Positions 1 to 8,362 of a DNA stretch of 64,000 nt are shown here, in pieces; the first letter of the stretch is position 1, and each line of letters begins with the position of its first letter. The position numbers and the translations under genes are program-made. Below the pieces are notes generated by a model. That model was given only the letters and a program-made list of their open reading frames with translations. It was not told the DNA's origin and did no database searches. Source of the stretch: Candidatus Fraserbacteria bacterium (lineage in GTDB: Bacteria; Bipolaricaulota; Bipolaricaulia; RBG-16-55-9; JAJCYT01); assembly GCA_029262795.1 (NCBI GenBank), contig JAJCYT010000018.1, positions 195,762-259,761 of the forward strand, read 5' to 3'.

Positions 1-131
1 CTGCTGATCGATGCTTCAAATTGACTAGAAAGTTCCGGACACTCACGTTTGACCTCCGCAACAGCGGCTTGGGTCAAGCGCTCCAGCAATTGATCGATTG
101 TCACATGTTCCCACAAGCGAAAACCTGCCAT
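1..131 (-). CDS. hypothetical protein, N-terminal fragment (start codon at 129..131; gene continues past window start)
   Basis: Reverse strand reads MAGFRLWEHVTIDQLLERLTQ... preceded by AAGGAGG RBS; too short for the ORF track. Confidence 0.3.
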   Translation of the reverse strand, partial: MAGFRLWEHVTIDQLLERLTQAAVAEVKRECPELSSQFEASIS

Positions 132-470
132 AATTGCCTCCTTTTTGTTGTACCTTCAGGATAGAATTGAAGTGGCTTAAAATACTATGCAACCAAGATG
201 AAATGGCTGTTAATATTTGGTTAAAACCCCGTTAAATCGAGCAGTCCGCCGTCACATCCACTCACCCCTGCTTGCAATCCACTGGCTCATCATGATCTGA
301 ATTAACCCATTTTTGACCTTGGTCTAAGATCATTTTCATCCGCATTCTATAGGGATTTAAGTCATCCGTTTTCACAATAACCGTGCCAAACTCAATTTGA
401 ATGGGAAGGAGAGAGGCAGGTAACGCAGACTGAACTCAGACCGCGAACATGCGTTGCTTTCCCATACATT

Positions 471-1655
471 ATGTTAAAGAACGCACTTACACTTTCCACG
501 GTATTTCTTCTGGTTTTCGCCTTGGGTGGTCTTGTATTGATGGGAAGTTTGTGGAGCAAAAGTGATGCCCATGCCATAGAGGAAACAGCCTCGAATACAG
601 ACCAAACTGAGGCCGTCGGCCCCGCACAGATCGATGGACAGATTGCGCCGGACGAGTACGCACGATCTGCCTACGATGAGGGCACAGACATGACGTTGTA
701 CTGGACCGTGGTGGAAGACAAACTCTATCTGGCCATCAGCAGCCCCGCAGCCGGCTGGTTGGCCGTAGGTCTGGATCCCGACGGCCCGCTGATGCGCAAC
801 GGCGACATCCTGATGGGCTATGTGCTGGACGGTGAAACGATTCTTGAAGACCACTTTGCCGACACCCCCACCGGGCACAAGACCGACCTTGAATTGGGGG
901 GCAGCGACAGCGTGCTGGCCTACGCCGGTTCCGAGGCCGATGGGGGCACCATCATAGAAATGGAACGCCTGCTGGATACCGGCGATGAATTCGACAAACC
1001 CATAGTGGCAGGCGAGATGTTTGTTCAGTTGGCCTACGGTGAAGCCGACGACTGGACCAGCTATCACGGCGATCGAAACACCATCGTGGTCGACTTCTTT
1101 GGCTCAGGCGAGGAGGTCCCAATGACCGTGGAAACCGACGCCACAGCGGGTGCCTCACAAATGGATGGGCAGATTGTCCCAAGCGAATACGCGCACGCCA
1201 CCTACGATGATGGCACCGACATGGCATTGTACTGGACTGTGGTAGAAGACAAACTCTACCTGGCCATCAGCAGTCCCGCAGCCGGCTGGCTGGCCGTGGG
1301 CCTGGACCCCGATGGTCCGCTGATGCGCAACGGCGACATCCTGATGGGCTATGTGCTGGACGGTGAAACGATTCTTGAAGACCACTTTGCCGACACCCCC
1401 ACCGGACACAAGACTGACCATGAATTGGGGGGCAGCGACAGCGTGCTGGCCTACGCCGGTTCCGAAGCCGATGGGGGCACCGTAATAGAACTGGAACGCC
1501 TGCTGGACACCGGCGATGAATTCGACAAACCCATAGTGGCAGGTGAAATGTTTGTCCAGTTGGCCTACGGCGAAGCCGACGACTGGACCAGCTATCACGG
1601 CGATCGAAACACCATCGTGGTCGACTTCTTTGGCTCAGAAGGAGGGGCGCCATGA
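471..1655 (+). CDS. secreted protein with two tandem DOMON/CBM9-like (putative heme-binding, EB_dh-like) domains
   Basis: N-terminal signal peptide (LSTVFLLVFALGGLVLMG); two ~177-aa near-identical domains (YWTVVEDKLYLAISSPAAGWLAVGLDPDGPLMRNGDILMGYV...); first gene of the Rieske/cyt b operon. Confidence 0.5.
   Translation: MLKNALTLSTVFLLVFALGGLVLMGSLWSKSDAHAIEETASNTDQTEAVGPAQIDGQIAPDEYARSAYDEGTDMTLYWTVVEDKLYLAISSPAAGWLAVGLDPDGPLMRNGDILMGYVLDGETILEDHFADTPTGHKTDLELGGSDSVLAYAGSEADGGTIIEMERLLDTGDEFDKPIVAGEMFVQLAYGEADDWTSYHGDRNTIVVDFFGSGEEVPMTVETDATAGASQMDGQIVPSEYAHATYDDGTDMALYWTVVEDKLYLAISSPAAGWLAVGLDPDGPLMRNGDILMGYVLDGETILEDHFADTPTGHKTDHELGGSDSVLAYAGSEADGGTVIELERLLDTGDEFDKPIVAGEMFVQLAYGEADDWTSYHGDRNTIVVDFFGSEGGAP
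633..1640. repeat. in-gene tandem direct repeat, 2 copies, period ~531 bp, ~95% nt identity by eye
   Basis: Copy 1 starts at gatggacagattgcgccg (633), copy 2 at gatgggcagattgtccca (1164); long runs identical at nucleotide level. Confidence 0.85.
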
Positions 1656-2014
1656 TCGTTGAACATTTAGACGCTTACGAAGTGGCTTTGGTGATTTGGA
1701 GCTTTTTATTCGGTTTGCTGGGACTCCAGGGTTTGATTTCGACTTTTCTGGAAGGAGAGGTCGATGCTGTAGGGACCCATCCCGAGCCGAAAAGCTCCCT
1801 CGTCGTCGTGGTGCTGATGGCCGCGCTCACCGCCGTAATTATGTGGAGCGCGTGGACGTTTACACAACAGCTCTTGTTGGGATCGTCTGAAACTCTGGGC
1901 TGGCTGGCGGCCTTAATCGCGTTGGCGATGTCTGCGCTGATTGGCCTCTATCGACGTTATTTTATTCCAGACGAAGTGATTGCTCAGGCGCGCGACGATG
2001 AAGTGCCCTGGTAA
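1652..2014 (+). CDS. small integral membrane protein (3 predicted TM helices)
   Basis: ATGA start/stop overlap with upstream gene; hydrophobic segments VALVIWSFLFGLLGL, LVVVVLMAALTAVIMW, LGWLAALIALAMSALIGL. Confidence 0.5.
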   Translation: MIVEHLDAYEVALVIWSFLFGLLGLQGLISTFLEGEVDAVGTHPEPKSSLVVVVLMAALTAVIMWSAWTFTQQLLLGSSETLGWLAALIALAMSALIGLYRRYFIPDEVIAQARDDEVPW

Positions 2015-2029
2015 AGGAGGGGAAGGCTT

Positions 2030-2635
2030 GTGGCTGAAGAACGTGACGAGCAGACTCAGGACAATATGAAAATGGGACGGCGCACCTTGGTGCGCTGGTT
2101 CATTGGCATCGGCGCGGTCAGTTCGGTGGCCGGACTCAGCTCAGTGCTGAGTACGATCGAACGGGAAAATGGCGTAACCGACACTGTTGTGCAAGCGGGA
2201 GACCCCTTGGTGTTTGCCGTGGGCACGAACCAGGGCGAACCAATTATGTATTCCAGTATCCAACCTGGGCAAGGCGCGCTGGCCTATCCACGCGGTAAAG
2301 AAGTTCAAGAGAACTTGGTGCTCCTTTTGCACCTCAATTCAGCAGACTTGGTCGAGCCGACTGTACTGGAGTGGACGGCAGATGGGATGGTCGCCTATAG
2401 CGCGATATGCACCCATTTGGGATGCACAGTGAACTTCTCACACGAAGGGATGGAGGGAGCAGAATACCCTCACCTCCACTGTCCGTGTCACACGGCGTTG
2501 TTCAATCCCCAACAGGGGGCTGAAGTGGTCGGCGGACCTGCACCTAGGGCTTTGCCGCAATTGCCAGTGGCTGTGGATGAGGAAGGCATGGTGGTGGTCG
2601 CAGGGCCGTTTGGGACGCCGGTTGGCGTGTTATAA
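2030..2635 (+). CDS. Rieske [2Fe-2S] iron-sulfur protein, probable Tat substrate
   Basis: Rieske boxes CTHLGCTV and CPCHTALF; twin-arginine motif GRRTLVRW; real start may be the ATG of MKMGRR ~36 nt downstream of the GTG. Confidence 0.85.
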   Translation: MAEERDEQTQDNMKMGRRTLVRWFIGIGAVSSVAGLSSVLSTIERENGVTDTVVQAGDPLVFAVGTNQGEPIMYSSIQPGQGALAYPRGKEVQENLVLLLHLNSADLVEPTVLEWTADGMVAYSAICTHLGCTVNFSHEGMEGAEYPHLHCPCHTALFNPQQGAEVVGGPAPRALPQLPVAVDEEGMVVVAGPFGTPVGVL

Positions 2636-2646
2636 AGGAGGCAGCG

Positions 2647-3945
2647 ATGGTGGTGGATCTCGGCAAAAAAGGATGGCTGAACCAACGTTTGGATGTGGTT
2701 CGGTTCCGCAAAAAATTTCTGAGGAAAGCGTTTCCCGTTCACCTGTCATTTTTCCTGGGCGAGATCGCGTTGTTCAGCTTGGTGCTGCTTGTGATCACGG
2801 GCGTTTATCTCTCATTTTCGTACGAACCCTCTGCGAATTTGGTCAAAGTTGAGGGCCAATCTTTGCCAGCCGCCTACCATAGCGTGACTCAGATCAACGA
2901 ACAGCCTTTTGGTCTCATTGTGCGCCAAGTCCATCACTGGTCCGCCCACCTGATGATTGCCGCAACCCTGCTGCACTTGTTGCGTGTGTTCTTCACCGGG
3001 GCGTTCCGCAAACCCCGTGAGATCAATTGGATCATTGGCCTGTTGCTGTTGTTCGCCACAGTGGGCGCTTCGTTTACAGGCTACTTGCTTCCTTTCGATG
3101 AATTTGCGGTGACGGCCTCTGGCATCGGATACGGGATTGCCCGATCGGTGCCGTGGATTGGTCCGGCTGTTGCCGATTTCGTGTTTGCAGGGCAGTTTCC
3201 TTCGCCAGGTATGGTGTCCCGCTTCTATGGTTATCACATCATGCTTGTGCCCATGATCCTTTTTGGCTTGCTTGCTTTGCACATGGTTGTGATGCTAAAG
3301 CAAAAGCACAGCGAGTCTCGTTTCAATCTTGGAAAAGTTGAAGAAGGCAAGCTGTTGGGCATTCCAATGTGGCCGCATCAGGCGGCGCTGATGGCCCAAC
3401 TCTTTTTGCTGATGACGGCCGGCATTCTTATGATTGCCAGCCTATTTCCCGTGCATCCGGTGGAGCTTTACGGACCTCCCGGACCAGAGACGCCGACAGT
3501 CAAGCCCGATTGGTATTTCTTGTGGATTTACGGAGCGCTCAAACTCGTGCCAGGCTGGATGGATTATCACTTCTTGGGAGCTGCAATCAACGCTGAGGCA
3601 ATTGGGAGCGTGATTTTCCCAGGTATCGTTGTCCTGGTCACGCTGCTCTGGCCTTTCCTCGAACGCTCCAAGGACAAAGTCAACTACATGCAACGTTCGC
3701 GCGACGCCGCAGGCCGCACCGCGATTGGGGTAGGCACACTCGTGTTCCTTGCCGTGCTTTCGGTTGCCAGTTACGAAGACACGTTATCGATAGCGCTTGA
3801 TGTTTTCCGCTGGACGGCTCTGATCCTGCCGCTGCTCGTAGGTGGGGTAACTTATGGATTACTCATCCGTTTGAAGCGCCAAACACCTAAACATCAAAAC
3901 GAGACAAGCCCCGAAAACGCGAGGGCCAAGGCCGCGACTGATTGA
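2647..3945 (+). CDS. cytochrome b of a bc/b6f-type complex (fused cyt b + subunit IV-like C-terminus)
   Basis: 432 aa, multiple TM helices, conserved His ligands (QVHHWSAHLMIAATLLHLLRVFFTG; YGYHIMLVPMILFGLLALHMV); directly follows Rieske gene. Confidence 0.85.
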   Translation: MVVDLGKKGWLNQRLDVVRFRKKFLRKAFPVHLSFFLGEIALFSLVLLVITGVYLSFSYEPSANLVKVEGQSLPAAYHSVTQINEQPFGLIVRQVHHWSAHLMIAATLLHLLRVFFTGAFRKPREINWIIGLLLLFATVGASFTGYLLPFDEFAVTASGIGYGIARSVPWIGPAVADFVFAGQFPSPGMVSRFYGYHIMLVPMILFGLLALHMVVMLKQKHSESRFNLGKVEEGKLLGIPMWPHQAALMAQLFLLMTAGILMIASLFPVHPVELYGPPGPETPTVKPDWYFLWIYGALKLVPGWMDYHFLGAAINAEAIGSVIFPGIVVLVTLLWPFLERSKDKVNYMQRSRDAAGRTAIGVGTLVFLAVLSVASYEDTLSIALDVFRWTALILPLLVGGVTYGLLIRLKRQTPKHQNETSPENARAKAATD

Positions 3946-4008
3946 ATTTATGAATAGGTCAATCCTTACCCAAAAAGGGTGGGAGAAAAACCTCCTTGAG
4001 AAACTGTA

Positions 4009-4045
4009 GGGGGCGTCGCTCGCCTCAGTGACGCCCCCTATGTGT
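4009..4045 (+). terminator. rho-independent terminator after cytochrome b gene
   Basis: GGGGGCGTCGCT-cgcctc-AGTGACGCCCCC (12-bp arms, one mismatch) followed by tatgtgtgtgtc. Confidence 0.6.
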
Positions 4046-4209
4046 GTGTCGGCTTGTTGTGATTCAACATTGAGCTATGATCTCTATCAAAAACTGATCA
4101 AGGTTTGAACATATCAATATCTGACACATATCATTTGGCCAAAGTTTCAGCCCTCCTAAGATTATTATTGAGATTCATGCAATTCATACTCGATCAAAGG
4201 AGGTGTTCT

Positions 4210-4407
4210 ATGGTGAAGATACTTTCGGGAAGCCTGATAGGGCTCAGCATCATGGCTGCGCTGGGCGGTCTGTTCGGTGTGGTGGCCCACACCGTGTTTA
4301 ACGCCACTGAAGTCTGCAATTACTGCTTCGGCACGGCGGTAAGCTGTATGGGGCTGGCCTTTTTGGTTGCGATGTTCGGCCTCTACCGCGAAGGGCATTT
4401 CTCGTAA
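4210..4407 (+). CDS. small membrane protein (65 aa)
   Basis: AAAGGAGG RBS 6 nt before ATG at 4210; MVKILSGSLIGLSIMAALGGLFGVVAH... two hydrophobic helices. Confidence 0.3.
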   Translation: MVKILSGSLIGLSIMAALGGLFGVVAHTVFNATEVCNYCFGTAVSCMGLAFLVAMFGLYREGHFS

Positions 4408-4751
4408 GACTTCAACGTTAACTATTGAAAAGCAAAGTTGCTATTTTTGTGTGTCTCATACACCCCACCCTGGCGGGGCGCACCTGCCTCAATGCAAACC
4501 TAACAGGCCATATCCATGCAGTGTTTGAAAATCAACGGCAGCGCCTTGACTGGGGGCAAGTTGCGGAATAGATGTCGAAAGAAAGAGAATTTCAGTTTAA
4601 ATACCGTTCAGGTTGTCAAAGCAACAGATAAGGTTAAAGAAATTTTTAAAGATCACAATGTGTTAAACTCATCTCGAAAACGGATCATGGATGACTGGAG
4701 TCATACTGGCCATATCAATGGAAGATACCAGGTTAACTGTTTCAACTTATC

Positions 4752-5276
4752 ATGAACTCAAATATCTACGCAGAGAAACCGGAGCAGCACGAAGAAAACA
4801 AGCAGCAAGAGCCAGGCTGGGGCAAGCGTCTGCTGGGTTACATGTTGGTTGGTATGGTCGTGTTTACAGCCTCCTTTTGGGTGTTCCAGCAAGCGTATCA
4901 GCAGGAGCTTGACACCGTGCAGGCAGACAACCTCACCGAGGTGCGAATTCTATCCATGAACACCTTTGCTTCTCGTTCCGGGGAGACCACGCACGAAATA
5001 ATTTTCTTTGACAACCTGGCCAACACATTTAGGGTGAATACCAGTCAGGGAACGTATGAACGGTTGTCTTTGGGTCAGCAAACCTCTTTGTATTTTAACG
5101 AGCCTTTGAGCTATGCATTGTTGGACGGAGAAATGACGAAGTTTGGGATTGAGCTGTGGATCATATTTTTGCTGTTGTTTACGGTGGCAGTCCTTTTATT
5201 GTTTTTCGGGGTGGGGCGTATTTTTAAACGGTTCAAAAAAAGAGGCCGACCTGAACGTCCGCTCAGCGAGCTTTAG
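4752..5276 (+). CDS. membrane-anchored hypothetical protein
   Basis: TM segments LLGYMLVGMVVFTASFWVF and IELWIIFLLLFTVAVLLLFFGV; no recognisable catalytic motif. Confidence 0.4.
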   Translation: MNSNIYAEKPEQHEENKQQEPGWGKRLLGYMLVGMVVFTASFWVFQQAYQQELDTVQADNLTEVRILSMNTFASRSGETTHEIIFFDNLANTFRVNTSQGTYERLSLGQQTSLYFNEPLSYALLDGEMTKFGIELWIIFLLLFTVAVLLLFFGVGRIFKRFKKRGRPERPLSEL

Positions 5277-5344
5277 AGCAAAATTCTGGATTCAAATCGA
5301 TAATGACCTGTATCATTTTATGTTTATGTGTTTCTGGTTAAGCT

Positions 5345-6493
5345 TTGCATAGCCCCCCCGTGGGGGCCGCCATGGTTTTCAATCGTGGCTCGCAGACGAA
5401 AGGAGCCAATACCGTGAGTACAAAAACTCATTTACTGAAACGACTGGTGCCGCTGATGCTCATACTTGTGTTTGCCTCCAGTGCGTTTTCTAATCAAGTC
5501 GAAATCGGCGTTCGAGTGGATCAGCAAGCGCCCGATTTCACCCTGCCCCAAGTGGACGGGGACCCTGTAACCCTCTCTGATGTTGTGGCTCAAAACGACG
5601 TCACTCTGATTTACTTCTTCCTGGCGGCCAGCTGACCTACCTGTCCTTCGGCATGGTTGCCGGAAATTCAAAAAGAACTCGACGGACGCTACGCAGGCCT
5701 AAATGTAGAAACCTTGGCCATCTCCACAGGTGATCCTGAATGGTATTTGAGCGCGTTTAAAAAAGAACTCAATGTCACCATGCCCTGGTTGAGGATGGAC
5801 ACGCGACTGCCAAACCCCTATTACCAGGAACAATACGATCTGTGGGATCTCAATGACACGCACCCCACTCTGGCGGTATTGGATGCCAACGGCGTGATCC
5901 GCTACCGGGCCACGGGCGATGGGGGCGTGGGCGAAAACAACATCAACTACCGCGTCGCCTTCAACATGATTGGCGAATTAATTGACGAAACCCAGACCCA
6001 GGACAATCAGTCTGCAGTGGGGGGCACGCCGGATAGCGTTGCAACCATCGGGTTGCTCGCTCCGGACTTCACGCTCAACGATATGAACGGCAACGCCGTG
6101 ACCCTTTCAGATTATCTGGGTACAGTTGTTGTCATCGATTTCTGGGATTGGGGCTGTGCCGTCTGCGGCGACCCCAACAATGTCAACCTGAAAAGCATCT
6201 TCCGCGAATACTCCCGTGAACAGGTGACCGTGCTCTCGGTCAACCTTTACCCTGAACCGGAAATGGAGGAAATGGAGGATTATATCGGGACACAACGGAT
6301 TCTTTATCCCGTGATGCTCAAAGGATACGATGCGGTTGGCAGCTCTTACAACATTACTCAGTTCCCCATGCTGATGATAATTGACAAGGATGGCATCATC
6401 CGCTACCGAGAAGTGACCGAGTCCCTTGTCTTCAATGAGGATGCTCAAACAATGCTGGACACCTTGGTTGGCGAGTTGGGTGGCTCCATGTAA
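5345..6493 (+). CDS. two-domain periplasmic thioredoxin-like (TlpA/AhpC-TSA fold) selenoprotein; in-frame TGA at 5633..5635 read as Sec (U-P-T-C) in domain 1, WDWGCAVCG in domain 2
   Basis: ORF track splits it into 5345..5635 and 5657..6493 in the same frame. Read-through gives ...TLIYFFLAAS-U-PTCPSAWLPEIQKELDGRY.... A near-identical paralogue at 18537..19652 has TGA at the aligned position. Signal peptide LLKRLVPLMLILVFASSAFS; true start probably ATG 5372 or GTG 5414. Confidence 0.6.
5646..5665 (+). other. candidate bacterial SECIS hairpin 14 nt 3' of UGA
   Basis: CGGCA-uggu-UGCCG stem-loop (5649..5662) with GGU in the loop, extendable by flanking UUC/GAA. Confidence 0.4.
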
Positions 6494-6532
6494 AGTCGCC
6501 CGCTCTCGCAGCTTGGCTGGAAGGGAGGCGCA

Positions 6533-6844
6533 ATGACCCAAGCACAAGCTCCAACCCGTACGGGAAGCCTGTCGCACAACCGGCGTGGCAAAAGCGATAT
6601 CCAATTACGACTTCGCACGATAGGCGGGCATCTTAATGGCATCGAGAAGATGATCGATCAGGATGCGTATTGTGTGGACATCCTGCGTCAGATCACGGCG
6701 GTGCAATCGGCCTTGTCTCAGGTTGCCTTGATTATGATGTCCAGCCACATGAATCACTGTGTCAAATCTGCCATTCAACGAGGCGAAGGCGATGACGAAA
6801 TTGAAGAACTGGTCGATCTTTTGAAATGCATGAAACATCTTTGA
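6533..6844 (+). CDS. CsoR/RcnR/FrmR-family metal-sensing transcriptional repressor
   Basis: LRTIGGHLNGIEKMIDQDAYCVDILRQITAVQSALSQVALIMMSSHMNHC matches the DUF156 helical-bundle pattern with Cys/His metal ligands. Confidence 0.75.
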   Translation: MTQAQAPTRTGSLSHNRRGKSDIQLRLRTIGGHLNGIEKMIDQDAYCVDILRQITAVQSALSQVALIMMSSHMNHCVKSAIQRGEGDDEIEELVDLLKCMKHL

Positions 6845-6866
6845 ATTGGATTGGCGGGTTTAAAAT

Positions 6867-6907
6867 AAGCATTCAGAAGCCCAAGTTGGCTTTGCTTCTG
6901 AATGCTT
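6867..6907. terminator. perfect 14-bp-arm hairpin between convergent csoR-like and cupredoxin genes (candidate bidirectional terminator)
   Basis: AAGCATTCAGAAGC-ccaagttggcttt-GCTTCTGAATGCTT; no strong U-run on either side. Confidence 0.45.
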
Positions 6908-7048
6908 ATGATGATCGGTAAAGATTGGTTGCCCTGCTGCTTAAATATCTTCTGATTGCAAAAATTAAAGGGCCAGATGATGGACGTATTGAGTGGCAGC
7001 ATTGGGCTGGGGCCGAGGAACCCTCGGCCCCAGCGATGTGATGAAATA

Positions 7049-7531
7049 TTAAACAACGATGAGTGGAACCTTCATACCAGCTTCGTAATGGCCGGTCACA
7101 AAGCAACCGATTTCCCATTCACCCTTCTTGTCTTCAGGAATCTGGATGAAGACTTCTGCACCTGATTCACCTTGGTGGGTTTCCACACCAAAGAAACCGT
7201 CCAACAACCACTCTTTGTAGTTGTGGTTTTCCAGGTCAGGGTCTCTACCGAACAGTGCATTATGGGCGACATCATCGTCCAGGTTAAAGAAATAGAGAGC
7301 GTATTTCTTGCCTGCTTCAAGCGTGATAGGAGCGTTGTTTTCGCCGCCAGGAATGCGGAAAAACATGGACCCCATTTCGATGAAAATTTCCTCATCCAAC
7401 CAAAGTTCGTGTGGTTCATCGGCTTGAGCTCGAACGTTTCTGGATTTCACCATTGTAGCGGCCAGTCCACCCAGAGCTGCTGCACCTGCGGTTTTGAGCG
7501 CTTTGCGGCGCGTCATTTTCTTTTCAGACAT
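7049..7531 (-). CDS. Tat-exported cupredoxin (blue copper) domain protein
   Basis: Twin-arginine signal MTRRKALKTAGAAALGGLAA; C-terminal type-1 Cu motif GCFVTGHYEAGM (C-x4-H-x4-M). Confidence 0.6.
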   Translation of the reverse strand: MSEKKMTRRKALKTAGAAALGGLAATMVKSRNVRAQADEPHELWLDEEIFIEMGSMFFRIPGGENNAPITLEAGKKYALYFFNLDDDVAHNALFGRDPDLENHNYKEWLLDGFFGVETHQGESGAEVFIQIPEDKKGEWEIGCFVTGHYEAGMKVPLIVV

Positions 7532-7690
7532 CGGATGTCCTCCTTATTCACGTTTAACGTGTGTTACTTTATTGTGGCCGTTACCATGCTTAAAACACCA
7601 TAAAACGTCGATCAAAGTGCAATGAAAACAGCGTTAAAAAGCGGTTAAGATCGAGGTGGACCGACGACTGCACTTCGACCAGAACAATCC

Positions 7691-8362
7691 TCATGCCGCC
7701 AACCTATAGCCAAAGCCTTTGACTGTTAGGATCAGGCTGGGGCATTGCAAATTGGGTTCGATCTTATTGCGCAGCAGGTGAATATATTGCTTAACGTCAT
7801 TGGCGGTGGCTGCACTGTCCGGTGGCCAGAGGTGGTGGATAATCTCTTTGTCTGATAGAACTCGGCCAGGGTCTGCTGCCAACAATTTGAGCAGCTCAAA
7901 TTCCTTCGGTGCCAGGTGTATTTGATCGCCATTCCAGTCCACCGTTTTTGTTCGGTCATCGATGTGTAGATTGCCCACGCGCACCTCTTCGGGTGGCGGC
8001 GGGGTTTGCAGTCGGCGCAGCACGGCGGTCATACGGGCCTCTAACTCCCTGGGCTCGAATGGCTTGGTCAAGTAATCGTCTCCGCCCAGGGACAAGCCTT
8101 TGATTGCATCGTCCGTGCTATCGCACGCGGTGAGGAAGATCACCGGCACCTGGCTCTGAGCGCGGATGGCTTCCAATACGCTCCAACCATCCAGGCGCGG
8201 CAACATCACGTCGAGCAACACAATGTCGGGCGTGGCTTGCTTGAATCTTGTTAGTGCATCCACACCGTTGGTGGCTGTCACCACCTCGTGCCCTATCGCT
8301 TCAAAATAGGTCTGCAATAACTCCAATGCATCTGATTCATCTTCAATGACGAGCAGTTTCAT
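7691..8362 (-). CDS. OmpR/PhoB-family response regulator
   Basis: Receiver domain (KLLVIEDESD...LLDVMLP) plus winged-helix C-terminus (LTVKGFGYRL). Confidence 0.85.
   Translation of the reverse strand: MKLLVIEDESDALELLQTYFEAIGHEVVTATNGVDALTRFKQATPDIVLLDVMLPRLDGWSVLEAIRAQSQVPVIFLTACDSTDDAIKGLSLGGDDYLTKPFEPRELEARMTAVLRRLQTPPPPEEVRVGNLHIDDRTKTVDWNGDQIHLAPKEFELLKLLAADPGRVLSDKEIIHHLWPPDSAATANDVKQYIHLLRNKIEPNLQCPSLILTVKGFGYRLAA

Noticed and set aside
633-1640. Tandem near-identical repeats considered as CRISPR or mobile-element terminal repeat
   Set aside because: Only two copies, 531-bp period, no spacers, and the repeat is in frame within one protein. It is a domain duplication, not CRISPR.
474-1653. 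Four long minus-strand ORFs (474..1067, 952..1227, 1155..1598, 1267..1653) antisense to the DOMON-like gene
   Set aside because: Shadow ORFs of a GC-rich gene. They mirror the tandem repeat, have Arg/Pro/Cys-rich nonsense composition, and have no RBS or signal features.
5633-5635. In-frame TGA codons (also 14588, 18121, 19374) considered as pseudogene-forming nonsense mutations or sequencing errors
   Set aside because: Four cases fall in two paralogue pairs. Each TGA sits exactly at the redox-motif position, is conserved between diverged copies, and has a conserved downstream hairpin. Pseudogenisation would not recur at the same codon. Kept as Sec, flagged as needing Sec-machinery confirmation.
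7172-7603. 143-aa plus-strand ORF antisense to the cupredoxin gene
   Set aside because: Overlaps a gene with clear Tat signal and Cu motif on the other strand. No RBS, and the translation is low-complexity.
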